Positions 1 to 8,854 of a DNA stretch of 64,000 nt are shown one piece after another. The translations under genes and the position numbers were made by a program. Position 1 is the stretch's first letter. Every line of letters begins with the position of its first letter. Origin of the DNA: Alphaproteobacteria bacterium (GTDB lineage: Bacteria; Pseudomonadota; Alphaproteobacteria; MPNO01); assembly GCA_965200535.1 (NCBI GenBank), contig CBDAUF010000001.1, forward strand, positions 676,436 through 740,435, written 5' to 3'. The notes below the pieces were generated by a model. The model worked only from the letters and a program-made list of their open reading frames with translations. It did not search any database and was not told where the DNA came from.

Positions 1-129
1 AACTGGTACATGATGGCGGTCTTCGCCGTGTCGTTCTTCCTGCTTGCGATCGAGTTCGCGCTCCGCTTCCGCCGCGCCGGGGAAGGCCCCGACGACGAAG
101 AAAGCGCAACGGCCGGTTCCGGGTTCTGA
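1..129 (+). CDS. TRAP transporter small permease (DctQ-like), 3' fragment
   Basis: Frame 1 reads NWYMMAVFAVSFFLLAIEFALRF...GSGF-stop, a final TM helix; stop is 3 bp before a DctM gene. Confidence 0.7.
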   Translation, partial: NWYMMAVFAVSFFLLAIEFALRFRRAGEGPDDEESATAGSGF

Positions 130-132
130 GCG

Positions 133-1578
133 ATGGAGTGGTACTACGCCTTCATCCTCCTGCTCGGCACGGTGTGCACCGCGATGTTCCTCGGCATGCC
201 GGTCGCGTTTGCCTTCTTCGCCGCCAACGTGCTCGGCACGGCGCTGTTCATCAACGGCGACATCGGCCTGGTGTTCATGCCGGCCGAGTTCCACAACGCG
301 ATCAAATTCACCCTGGCGCCGATCCCGCTGTTCCTGCTGATGGGCGAGATCCTTCTCCAGACCGGCGTCGCGTTCAAAGCCATCGGCGCGATAGACCGGC
401 TGATCGCGCGCGTACCGGGGCGGCTTTCGGTCGTCTCGATCGTCGGCGGGACGATCTTTTCCTCGCTCTCCGGGTCCACCATCGCCAACACCGCGATCCT
501 CGGTTCGGTGCTGCTGCCCGACATGATGCGGCGCGGCTACCAGCCGGCCATCGCCATGGGTCCGATCATGGCGGTCGGCGGCATCGCCATGCTGATCCCG
601 CCGTCGGCCCTCGCCGTGCTGCTGGCGAGCCTGGCCGAACAGTCGGTGGCGCTGCTCCTGATCGCGGGGATCGTCCCCGGCATCCTGATGGCCGTGTTGT
701 TCTTCGCCTACGTGGTCGGGCGCTGCATGCTCAACCCCGACCTGGCGCCCGCCTACACGCCGGACATGAGCCAGTTCGACCAGCCGGTGACGGTGTCGCT
801 CAACCTGCCCGGCGTGCGCAGCTGTTCGTTGACCTATAACGGACGTTACCGGCAGGCGGTCAACCGGATCCTGCCGTTTCTGCTCTACATCTTGCCGCTG
901 ATGATCATCTTCGTGGTGGTCGTGGGCAGCATCTTCTTCAAGATCGCTTCCCCCACGGAGTCGGCTGCGCTCGGCTGCCTCGCCGCGCTGGCGGCGTGTT
1001 ACTTCTTCCGGCTGTTCCGGCGGACCATCACGGTGACCGGCATCGAGGGCGCCGATTTCGGCTGGCGGGCAATCGCCAAGTCGCTGATGGAAACCGCCAA
1101 GATCAACGTGATGATCCTGTTCATCATCGCCGGGTCCCTGGTGTTCAGCCAGGCGCTGTCCAACTCGGGCGCGACCGACGGCCTGCTGCAGGCGGTGACC
1201 GCGATGAACCTCGCGCCGCTCACCGTGGTGATCATCATGATGGCGGTGCTGCTGTTCCTCGGCGCCTTCATGGACCAGGTGAGCATGCTGCTGCTCACCC
1301 TGCCGTTCTTCCTCCTGGGTGCGCAGTCGCTGCAGGCAGTCTTCAACATCGACGTGATCTGGCTGATGGTGCTGATGCTGATCACCATGGAAATCAGCCT
1401 TCTCACCCCGCCCTTCGGCCTGTTGCTCTACGTGATGAAGGGCGTGGCGCCGTTCCGCGTCACCCTCGGCAACGTGGTGATGTCCGCCGTTCCCTTTATC
1501 CTCATCGAGCTTGCGGTTCTGATCCTCCTGATCGCCGTGCCGGGAGTGGCGACCTGGCTACCCAGCCAGCTCCGATGA
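133..1578 (+). CDS. dctM: TRAP transporter large permease (DctM)
   Basis: Hydrophobic 481 aa; motifs IPLFLLMGE, GGIAMLIPPS, SPTESAA, LLTPPFGL. Confidence 0.92.
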   Translation: MEWYYAFILLLGTVCTAMFLGMPVAFAFFAANVLGTALFINGDIGLVFMPAEFHNAIKFTLAPIPLFLLMGEILLQTGVAFKAIGAIDRLIARVPGRLSVVSIVGGTIFSSLSGSTIANTAILGSVLLPDMMRRGYQPAIAMGPIMAVGGIAMLIPPSALAVLLASLAEQSVALLLIAGIVPGILMAVLFFAYVVGRCMLNPDLAPAYTPDMSQFDQPVTVSLNLPGVRSCSLTYNGRYRQAVNRILPFLLYILPLMIIFVVVVGSIFFKIASPTESAALGCLAALAACYFFRLFRRTITVTGIEGADFGWRAIAKSLMETAKINVMILFIIAGSLVFSQALSNSGATDGLLQAVTAMNLAPLTVVIIMMAVLLFLGAFMDQVSMLLLTLPFFLLGAQSLQAVFNIDVIWLMVLMLITMEISLLTPPFGLLLYVMKGVAPFRVTLGNVVMSAVPFILIELAVLILLIAVPGVATWLPSQLR

Positions 1579-2358
1579 TACGGCCTCCGCCGCCCGCCGT
1601 CTGGTGATGTCGTAGGCCGCCCTGTCGACGGCGGCAAAACCGGCGAGCAGCAGGCGGTCGAGGACGGGGCGCAGTTCGGGCTGTTCCCCCGCCCTCAAGA
1701 AGGCCGCGCGCAGCCGCCGCACCGTATCCGCCGCGACGCCGGGGCTGGCGACAATCGGCGGAAAGGGCGCCGATGCGGTCCTGTCGACGACGCGGAGACC
1801 GGCAATCCGTTCCGGGTCGTGGCGCGCCAGCAGGTCCCAGACAAAGCTGTCCACCGGCGCAAGATCGGCCCTGCCGTCGCGCACGCTCGCAATCGCCGCG
1901 GCGGGCGTGACCAAAGGCCCCACCGCTTCACGGAACAGCGCCGGGCGGCCGGGTGTACGGAACCGGAGCAGATGGTGGCGCAGCGCATTGAACCCCGAAT
2001 GCGAGTTTTTCGCGGTCCACGCAACCCGGCCGCCAAACGTATCCTCGAGTGTCGCGAACCCGGCGTCGCTGCGGACCACCAGGTTGGTGAAATACACCGC
2101 TTTGCCGCCGTAATGCGGCGGGGCCGGAACGGGCGCGGCGACCGGCGTCGGCGGCGGGTCGGCCATCGCCAGCGGCCAGCCGCACATCAGCACCGCACCC
2201 ATGTCGCCGCGCGCCCAGAGCGCGTCGAGCGGAGCCGGGGCGGCGTGGGCGATAATGTCGAGCGCAACGCCCGACGCTGCGGCGATGCGGGCGAACAGCA
2301 GGTCCCAGGCCTCGCGCACCGCGGGGGCGACGTTGTACATCCGCGAGCAGGCGATCAT
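1558..2358 (-). CDS. PhnD/SsuA-like solute-binding-fold protein, no signal peptide
   Basis: MCGWP, NSHSGFNAL, ADLAPVDS, PFPPIVA resemble the phosphonate-binding family. Confidence 0.7.
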   Translation of the reverse strand: MIACSRMYNVAPAVREAWDLLFARIAAASGVALDIIAHAAPAPLDALWARGDMGAVLMCGWPLAMADPPPTPVAAPVPAPPHYGGKAVYFTNLVVRSDAGFATLEDTFGGRVAWTAKNSHSGFNALRHHLLRFRTPGRPALFREAVGPLVTPAAAIASVRDGRADLAPVDSFVWDLLARHDPERIAGLRVVDRTASAPFPPIVASPGVAADTVRRLRAAFLRAGEQPELRPVLDRLLLAGFAAVDRAAYDITRRRAAEAVSSELAG

Positions 2359-2392
2359 CGGGCCGCCCGCCGCGCCGCCGGGCGGCGTGCCG

Positions 2393-3397
2393 TCACGCGA
2401 ATCTCAGCTTCTGGCCGATGCCCAGCCGCGCCGCCTTCTCGAGCATCGCCTGGCCCAGCGCGATATCGCTGGTCGCAAGACCGCGGTGCCAGAGCAGGAT
2501 CGTTTCATCCACGCTTTCCCGGCCGGGGCGCAGCCCGGCGACGATCTGGCCGAGCTCGGCATGCAGTGTCTCGGCGGTCAGCCTGCCCTCGTCGACGTGG
2601 CGGCGCAGCGCGCCAAACGGCCGCCCCGGCCCGCACTGGCCCCAGTCGTCGACCACCACCTTGTCCATGATATCGGTCAGCGAAAGCTCGACCGCGCTCA
2701 TCGTGCCGTAGGGAACGACGAACGCGCCCGGCTTGACCCATTCGGTTCGGAACAGGGCGCTGGGCGCCGGCAGGCGCGAGGCTTCCACCAGGATGTCGGC
2801 GCCGGCGAGGCAGTCGCGCCAGTTGTCGGTGACCACAACCGTCTTCCCGAGGTCCCGCTCGAGGCGGCGGCCGAACGCTTCCCGGCTCGCCGGCCGGCGC
2901 GAGTGGACGCGGATCTCCTCGAAATCGTAGAGGTGGTCCAGCAGCCGCACGTTCCAGTAGGCGGTGCCGCGCGCGCCGATGTGCCCCAGCACCTTGCAGT
3001 CCTGCCGCGCAAGGTACCTGGCGCCGACCGCGGTCAGGGCCCCGGTCCGCATGTCGGTGATCGAGGTTGCATCGAGCACCGCCCGCGGCATCCCGGTCTC
3101 CGGATCGAACAGGTTGAGGAGCGCCATCTCGGACGGCAACCCGCGCCGATAGTTCCCGATATAGTCGCCCACCACCTTTACGCCGGCGACCCCGAGCGGC
3201 GCGATGGAGCCGCGCAGCACGTTGAAATGGCCCTTGTCCGTGCTTTCCGGGACGAGGTGGACCCTGGGCTCGATCACCGTCTCGCCGAGACCCTGGGCGC
3301 GCAGCGCGCCCTCGACCGCGGCCAGGATCTCGGCCTCGGTCAGGGCGAGCGCGTCCACGTCGAGAGCGTTGAGATAGTCGATCCAGATCTCTTCCAC
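2393..3397 (-). CDS. Ornithine cyclodeaminase / mu-crystallin family protein
   Basis: GVKVV, ITDMRTGA, GHIGARGTA, AELGQIVAG, GLATSDIA; GTG start with GAGGAG RBS. Confidence 0.85.
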   Translation of the reverse strand: MEEIWIDYLNALDVDALALTEAEILAAVEGALRAQGLGETVIEPRVHLVPESTDKGHFNVLRGSIAPLGVAGVKVVGDYIGNYRRGLPSEMALLNLFDPETGMPRAVLDATSITDMRTGALTAVGARYLARQDCKVLGHIGARGTAYWNVRLLDHLYDFEEIRVHSRRPASREAFGRRLERDLGKTVVVTDNWRDCLAGADILVEASRLPAPSALFRTEWVKPGAFVVPYGTMSAVELSLTDIMDKVVVDDWGQCGPGRPFGALRRHVDEGRLTAETLHAELGQIVAGLRPGRESVDETILLWHRGLATSDIALGQAMLEKAARLGIGQKLRFA

Positions 3398-3468
3398 CGC
3401 GTCACTCCTCCCGGCGGTGCGCGGCTGCGGCCCGCCGGCGGACAGGACGGGCGCGTCGGGCCGGCGGT

Positions 3469-3543
3469 TGGAGCGGGTGAGGGGAGTCGAACCCCTGACA
3501 TCCAGCTTGGGAAGCTGACGTTCTACCGCTGAACTACACCCGC
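3469..3543 (-). tRNA. tRNA-Gly(CCC)
   Basis: Reverse complement GCGGGTGTAGTTCAGCGGTAGAACGTCAGCTTCCCAAGCTGGATGTCAGGGGTTCGACTCCCCTCACCCGCTCCA: cloverleaf, CCC anticodon, TTCGA T-loop, encoded CCA. Confidence 0.97.
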
Positions 3544-3555
3544 GTTCCGCCGGAT

Positions 3556-3583
3556 ATTGTATCCGCCGGGCGGTCGTCTTCAA
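3556..3583 (-). promoter_or_regulatory. Sigma70 promoter of tRNA-Gly
   Basis: TTGAAG-16 bp-TACAAT on the minus strand just upstream of the tRNA 5' end. Confidence 0.65.
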
Positions 3584-3700
3584 GCCGTCAAGTTTCACTG
3601 GACCCGGCGCTGCCCGGCTGTCATTACCGTCGCGGCGACGGGCGATCGGGAGGAGTCGGGGAATGACGATCCGCCGGTTCGACAGGGCGGGCTGACCGGC

Positions 3701-4108
3701 ATGGCGGAAGAGATCAGGGGCCGTCTGGCCAGCGGGATCGGACAAGGCAGGCATTTCACACAACTCGCCTGGGCGCGCGAGCAATTCGCCGAACGGCTCG
3801 GAATCGACCCCTGGCCCGGAACGCTCAACATCGTCGTCGACGATCCCGAGTCGATGCCGGTCTGGGTGCGCCTCAGGCGTACGCCCGGCATCCGCATGGA
3901 CAATCCGAGCGACGGCCCGCATGACTGCGACGCCCGCTGCTACCCGGTACTGGTCGAGGGACGGATCGGCGGAGCGATCGTTCTTCCCGAGGTCGATGGC
4001 TACCCGCCGGCCCAGATCGAGGTCATCGCCGAAGTCAATCTGCGCGAGGCGCTCGGGATCGAGGACGGCGATCCGCTGCGGCTCGCGATCGGACGGGCGG
4101 GGGCCTGA
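3701..4108 (+). CDS. ribK: Archaeal-type CTP-dependent riboflavin kinase (DUF120)
   Basis: SGIGQGRHF, LGIDPWPGTLN, GAIVLP, IEVIAEVNLREALGIEDGD match the recalled archaeal RibK motif set. Confidence 0.82.
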   Translation: MAEEIRGRLASGIGQGRHFTQLAWAREQFAERLGIDPWPGTLNIVVDDPESMPVWVRLRRTPGIRMDNPSDGPHDCDARCYPVLVEGRIGGAIVLPEVDGYPPAQIEVIAEVNLREALGIEDGDPLRLAIGRAGA

Positions 4109-4109
4109 A

Positions 4110-5201
4110 ATGCCGCGCATCCCGCGCCGCTACGCCCGGGCCGAGGCAGAACTCTGGCGCTACCCGCTGGCCGGCCCGACGGGCGGGTCGGGCGTGACCG
4201 CCGTCGATGTCATCGTCGTCTCCCTCGAGGACTCGGAGGGCGAGACCGGGCTCGGGTTCAGCTACGTCCTGGGCGGCGGCGGCGCGGCCGCGAAGGAAGC
4301 GGCCGTGGACCTCCTCTCCCGTTTTGTCGCCGGCGAGCGCTGCACGCCGCCGGAGGCATTGTGGCGCCGTCTCGCCGGTTCGCTCAATCGTCTCGGTCGC
4401 GGCATCGGCTACGTCGCAATCGCTGCGATCGATGTCGCCGCATGGGATCTCCATGCGCGGACTCGGGGGGCTCCGCTCTTCGCCGCGCTGGGCGGCGAGA
4501 GCCGGACCGTTCCCGTCTACGGCTCCGGCGGCTTCCGCCCCGACCAGGCCCCGGAAGACGCGGTCGCCCAGGCGCTCGCCTACGCGGAACGCGGCTGCAA
4601 GGCGGTCAAGCTCCGCCTCGCAGGGAATCACGGCGACGTCGAGCGCATGCGGGCGGTCGCCGATGCGCTGCCGCAAGGCGTCGATGTGATGGTCGATGCC
4701 AACGAACGCTGCGATTTTCCGCGCGCCCTCTGGCTTGCCAACGAATGCGCGGCGATCAACGCACTCTGGCTGGAGGAACCGCTGCCCGCCGATGCGCTCC
4801 GCGGCTACGCCGCGCTGGCCGCCCGGTCTCCGGTTCCCGTCGCCACCGGCGAGCACCTGCAAGGCCTGGTGGAGATCAAGCCCTATTTCGCCGCCTCCGC
4901 CTGCGCCGTGCTGCAACCCGACCTGGCGATGATGGGGGGCATCAGCGAGTGTCTGCGGGCCGGCCGCATCGCCGAATACCACGATGTGGCGGTCTCGCCG
5001 CACTTCCTGCCGGCGCTCTTCGTTCATCTCGCCTGCGCGCTGCCGAACGTCCGCTGGCTCGAGGATTTCCCGCTGCTCGAACCCCTGTTCGAAACCGACG
5101 CCGCGATGGATTCAGGCGGGGCGATGGCCCCGGGGGCCGCGCCCGGCCACGGGCTCGCCTGGGCCGCCGGCGCCCGCGAGGCCTGGCGCGTACCCGCTTG
5201 A
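4110..5201 (+). CDS. Mandelate racemase / muconate lactonizing enzyme (enolase superfamily)
   Basis: AIDVAAWDL, KxR (VKLR), MVDAN, WLEEP, ATGE, QPD, SPH. Confidence 0.9.
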   Translation: MPRIPRRYARAEAELWRYPLAGPTGGSGVTAVDVIVVSLEDSEGETGLGFSYVLGGGGAAAKEAAVDLLSRFVAGERCTPPEALWRRLAGSLNRLGRGIGYVAIAAIDVAAWDLHARTRGAPLFAALGGESRTVPVYGSGGFRPDQAPEDAVAQALAYAERGCKAVKLRLAGNHGDVERMRAVADALPQGVDVMVDANERCDFPRALWLANECAAINALWLEEPLPADALRGYAALAARSPVPVATGEHLQGLVEIKPYFAASACAVLQPDLAMMGGISECLRAGRIAEYHDVAVSPHFLPALFVHLACALPNVRWLEDFPLLEPLFETDAAMDSGGAMAPGAAPGHGLAWAAGAREAWRVPA

Positions 5202-5210
5202 AGGATTGCC

Positions 5211-5987
5211 GTGAAGCTCTGCCGTTACAACGACCAGAGGCTCGGCCTCATCTCCGGCGAGCAGGTGATCGACGTGAGCGAGGGGATCGCGGCGGCGGGC
5301 GAATGGCGCTGGCCGCTGCCGCCGGGCGACCGGCTCATCGCGGCGCTCGATGCGGTCCGCGCCAGCGTGGAAGAGCACCGCAAATGGGGCTTCGTCCAGC
5401 TCCACCGGAGCGTCGCCCTGTTGAGCCCGGTGGCCAACCCGACCAAGATTGTCGTCGCCCGGACCGATGGCAGCGCCCATGGCGACGAGCGCGGGCTGTT
5501 CCTCGGGAACCCGGTCCCTGCCGGACCCGGCGAGGGGGCGGCGGCGCTGCCCGACCGGCCGACCGACTGCGAAATTGCGCCCGCCATCGTCGTCGGCCGC
5601 ACCGCCCGGGTTATTGAGGAAGCGGATGCGCTCGACCATGTCGCGGGTTACGCGATCGCTCTCCGCACGACGGCCCGCGGCCGCGGCGAGGCGGTCGACG
5701 ACCGTGCGGTGATCGGCCCCTGGCTGGCGACCGCCGACGAGATCGCCGATCCGGATGCGCTCGCGCTTCGGGTGAACGGCGAGACGCGCCGGGACACGAC
5801 CGGTGCGCGCCGGAGCCGGGGCTGCCGCCGTCTGATCGCATCAGCGTCGCGCCGCTACACCCTCTATCCCGGCGACGTGGTCGTCGGAGCCCCCGAGATC
5901 TCCCGCCCCGTGCAGCCGGGCAACATCGTGCGCTGCGAGATCGAGGGGATCGGGGCGATGGAAGTCGCGGTCCGGGCGGCCGGATGA
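5211..5987 (+). CDS. Fumarylacetoacetate hydrolase-fold protein with degenerate active site
   Basis: IGPWLATADE, VNGE, TLYPGDV, EIEGIG are present, but the canonical metal ligands are altered. Confidence 0.7.
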   Translation: MKLCRYNDQRLGLISGEQVIDVSEGIAAAGEWRWPLPPGDRLIAALDAVRASVEEHRKWGFVQLHRSVALLSPVANPTKIVVARTDGSAHGDERGLFLGNPVPAGPGEGAAALPDRPTDCEIAPAIVVGRTARVIEEADALDHVAGYAIALRTTARGRGEAVDDRAVIGPWLATADEIADPDALALRVNGETRRDTTGARRSRGCRRLIASASRRYTLYPGDVVVGAPEISRPVQPGNIVRCEIEGIGAMEVAVRAAG

Positions 5988-6916
5988 CGGTCGCGATCAG
6001 GCCTCTCGCCGAAGCCGATGTGGAGCCCGCCGAGCGCGTGTGCAGGCTCGCCTTCGGCACCTTCTTCGGCCTGCCCGACCCCCTCTCCTTCCGCGGCGAC
6101 GGCGGTCTCGTCCGGCCGCGCTTCCTCGCCGACCCGTCCGGCGCGATCGCCGCGGAGGCGGAGGGCGGGATCTCCGGCTCCGGGTTCGTCATGAACTGGG
6201 GGAGCGTCGGCGTGCTCGGTCCGCTCACCGTTCATCCCGACCGCTGGAGCGCGGGCATCGGGCGCCGGCTGACCGAGGCTGCGGTCGCGCTGCTCGATGC
6301 GCGCGGCCACGACTTCGCCGGACTTCTCACCCACCCCCACAGCACCCGCCATGTCAGGCTCTACGAATCGTTCGGCTTCGAGATGCAGCGCCCGATCTCG
6401 GTCCTGCGACGCGACGTACGCCGCATCGCGATGCCCGGCCGCGCGCGGCTGCTCGCCGGGCTCGACGATGCCGCCGCCTGCCGCGAGGTCGCCGACACGG
6501 TCTATCCCGGGCTCGACCACACGCGCGAAATCGCGGCTGTGCTCGGCCACGGGTTCGGCGAGACGATCCTTCTGCCCCGTTTGCGCGGGAGGGCCGGTCT
6601 CACGGCCTATGCCGTCTGCCATCACGGCGCCGGGACCGAGGGCAGTTCGGATATCCTGTTCGTCAAGGCCGCAGCGGTGAGGTCGGGCCCGGACGCGGCC
6701 GCCGATTTCCGGCAGCTCCTTGCCGGCTGCGAGGCGCTCGCCGCACGGCGCGGTGCGAAAACCGTCGCCGCCGGCGTCAATACCGGCCGGCGCGAGGTCT
6801 ACCGCATGCTGCGCGAGGCCGGCTACCGCAGCTTCATGAACGCGGTTGCCATGCTCCGGCCGGCCGGCGAGGGCTACGGCGCGCCCGGCATCTACGCGGT
6901 CGACGACTGGCGGTAG
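5984..6916 (+). CDS. Tandem-domain GNAT N-acetyltransferase
   Basis: LTVHPDRWSAGIGRRL acetyl-CoA motif, LYESFGF; ATGA overlap with upstream gene. Confidence 0.8.
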   Translation: MTVAIRPLAEADVEPAERVCRLAFGTFFGLPDPLSFRGDGGLVRPRFLADPSGAIAAEAEGGISGSGFVMNWGSVGVLGPLTVHPDRWSAGIGRRLTEAAVALLDARGHDFAGLLTHPHSTRHVRLYESFGFEMQRPISVLRRDVRRIAMPGRARLLAGLDDAAACREVADTVYPGLDHTREIAAVLGHGFGETILLPRLRGRAGLTAYAVCHHGAGTEGSSDILFVKAAAVRSGPDAAADFRQLLAGCEALAARRGAKTVAAGVNTGRREVYRMLREAGYRSFMNAVAMLRPAGEGYGAPGIYAVDDWR

Positions 6917-6943
6917 GCGACACGCCCGCCGCTCCTGCCGGGG

Positions 6944-8152
6944 CTACTTGTCGAGGTCGAAGATGCGCCGCGCGTTGAGGCCGAGGATGTTCTGGCGCGC
7001 TTCGTCGTCGAGGAACGGGATGTCCCAGATGACCGCCGGCGGATCGAAATCCCAGTGCGGCCAGTCCGAAGCGTAGAGGAGCTGGGTGCGGGCGCGGGTC
7101 ATCTCGAAGGTAAGCTCCAGCGCCTTCAGGTTGTCGGTCTCGAGCGGCTGCGACGTGTAATACATCTCGGCCATGTATTCGCTGGGCTTGCGCTTCAGGA
7201 GCGGCGCTTCCGAGGTACGCATCATGTAGGTGTGATCGAGGCGCTGCATCAGCCAGGGCACCCACGACAGCCCGCTTTCGATCCAGACCACGGGCAAACC
7301 GGGGAAACGCTCGGGCAAGCCGTTCATCACCCAATTCGTCATGTGGACCACATTGCACCACACAAAGGACAGCGCGTGCATCGAGGCGAAACGGTTGATC
7401 TGCATCATCGAGGGATCCTGCCAGTAGTAGCCGGCGTGGAACCCGAGCGGCAGCCCGCGCTCTTCAAGCGCGCGGTAGACCTTCATGTAGCGGTTGTGGT
7501 GGACCGGCTTGTTGCGCACCGAGGTGACCATGAAGCCGACCACACCGGGGGCGTCACCGAATTCCTCGACCGTGCGCAGCGCCTCGTCGGCGTCGTTGAA
7601 CGGCAGGAACGCCATCGACTTGAGCCTCGCGTCTTGCGCCAGCAGCGTATCGACGGTCCAGCGGTTGTACGCATTGCCGAGCAGCGGCTCCATGTCGAAC
7701 TGCGGGTGCATGCCGAGAAACAGCATCGGCGTCGGAAAGACGATCTGCTTGTCGATCGACATCGATTCGTATGCGCGCCGCGCCAGCACCACGTCGCGGT
7801 GCAGCCCCTGCCGGCCGGTGTCTTCGCGCCGCGCCGCCTGATGCGGGATGCGTCCGCCGCAATCCTGATAGCGCAGCGCTAGGTCGCCGTTGAGGCCGTA
7901 GGGCGGCGTGCCGGTCCGGTTCTGCAGATAGTCGAGAGCCTGGGCGCGGATCACCTCGTCGTCGAGATAGTCGATGATGTCGGCCCAGGATTCGCTCTCG
8001 GTGTGGTGGGAATCCATATCGACGATGAACACATCGTCGAAATTCCGCTCGTCAGCCTGGCGCCGGGCGCGGGCCAGGATTTCCCGTGTATCGGTCGAGA
8101 CGTCGATCTGCCTGACCGGGTTCTCGCGCAATGGCTCGAGGCCGCTGTCCAT
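6944..8152 (-). CDS. Amidohydrolase_2 family protein, candidate dinuclear oxygenase (AibH-like)
   Basis: IVDMDSH, LGFH, WIESG, KPSEY, TSQPLE, ASDWPHWDFD. Confidence 0.85.
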   Translation of the reverse strand: MDSGLEPLRENPVRQIDVSTDTREILARARRQADERNFDDVFIVDMDSHHTESESWADIIDYLDDEVIRAQALDYLQNRTGTPPYGLNGDLALRYQDCGGRIPHQAARREDTGRQGLHRDVVLARRAYESMSIDKQIVFPTPMLFLGMHPQFDMEPLLGNAYNRWTVDTLLAQDARLKSMAFLPFNDADEALRTVEEFGDAPGVVGFMVTSVRNKPVHHNRYMKVYRALEERGLPLGFHAGYYWQDPSMMQINRFASMHALSFVWCNVVHMTNWVMNGLPERFPGLPVVWIESGLSWVPWLMQRLDHTYMMRTSEAPLLKRKPSEYMAEMYYTSQPLETDNLKALELTFEMTRARTQLLYASDWPHWDFDPPAVIWDIPFLDDEARQNILGLNARRIFDLDK

Positions 8153-8169
8153 CCGTTTCCGCTCCTTCT

Positions 8170-8502
8170 TCAGCCGTCGGCGCCGGGGCGCGGCCTGCGG
8201 AACCACATCGCGAGGTCGAAGGTGTTGAGGTTCGCCGCGTGCAGCATCTCGGTCACCGTGACCACCACATCGGTCGCTGTCGCCGAGTCGGGGGCAACGA
8301 AGGGCCGGAACACCCGGTCCTCCATCTCCACCTTGTTGGCGAACAACCGGACCCCGGCGGTCAGCAGACGCTGCACCGCCTCGTCGGGGATGGCGTCCGT
8401 CGCCCCGCCGTCGAGCGCCTTCTCGGCGATCGCCAGCGCTGTCTCCGCGGCCGCTCCGAGCGCGGCCGCGTCGGGCGCATGCTCGTCGTCAGATGACGAC
8501 AT
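8170..8502 (-). CDS. Small hypothetical protein (110 aa)
   Basis: Overlaps the Rieske gene stop and ends 17 bp before the amidohydrolase; TATDVVV...NLNTFDLAMW tail. Confidence 0.7.
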   Translation of the reverse strand: MSSSDDEHAPDAAALGAAAETALAIAEKALDGGATDAIPDEAVQRLLTAGVRLFANKVEMEDRVFRPFVAPDSATATDVVVTVTEMLHAANLNTFDLAMWFRRPRPGADG

Positions 8503-8854
8503 AGACTTCTCCGTCGACGACCTTCACGTCGTAGGGCTTGAGCCTGACGTTCCTGTCGCCCGGATGCCGCCCGGTCCTGATATTGTATTCGTAGCCGTGC
8601 CAGGGGCACACGATGTGGATATCCGTTTCGGAGAACCGCAGCCCCTTCGACGTCTTGTCCTCCCCCAGCACTTCCTCGACCTTGCCGAGGATCTTGCCCT
8701 GGCAGACCGGGCCGCCCTGGTGGACACAGTTGTTTTCGTAGGCGTGGAACTCCCCGCCCACGAAAAAGATGCCGATCTCCAGATCGCCTTGCGCGATGAT
8801 CTTGCGGTCGCGCTCGCCGAATTCGTCCTTCTTGCCGACGTAAATCTCCGCCAC
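8489..8854 (-). CDS. Rieske [2Fe-2S] ferredoxin
   Basis: CVHQGGP and CPWHG ligand motifs; GAGG-type RBS before GTG. Confidence 0.92.
   Translation of the reverse strand: MAEIYVGKKDEFGERDRKIIAQGDLEIGIFFVGGEFHAYENNCVHQGGPVCQGKILGKVEEVLGEDKTSKGLRFSETDIHIVCPWHGYEYNIRTGRHPGDRNVRLKPYDVKVVDGEVYVVI

Noticed and set aside
3469-3543. tRNA-Gly as the attachment site of a genomic island
   Set aside because: No integrase, no duplicated tRNA 3' end noticed and no obvious compositional shift in the window.
2393-4120. 575-aa OCD ORF spanning the tRNA
   Set aside because: The N-terminal extension runs through the tRNA and antisense to ribK; an RBS supports the start at 3397.
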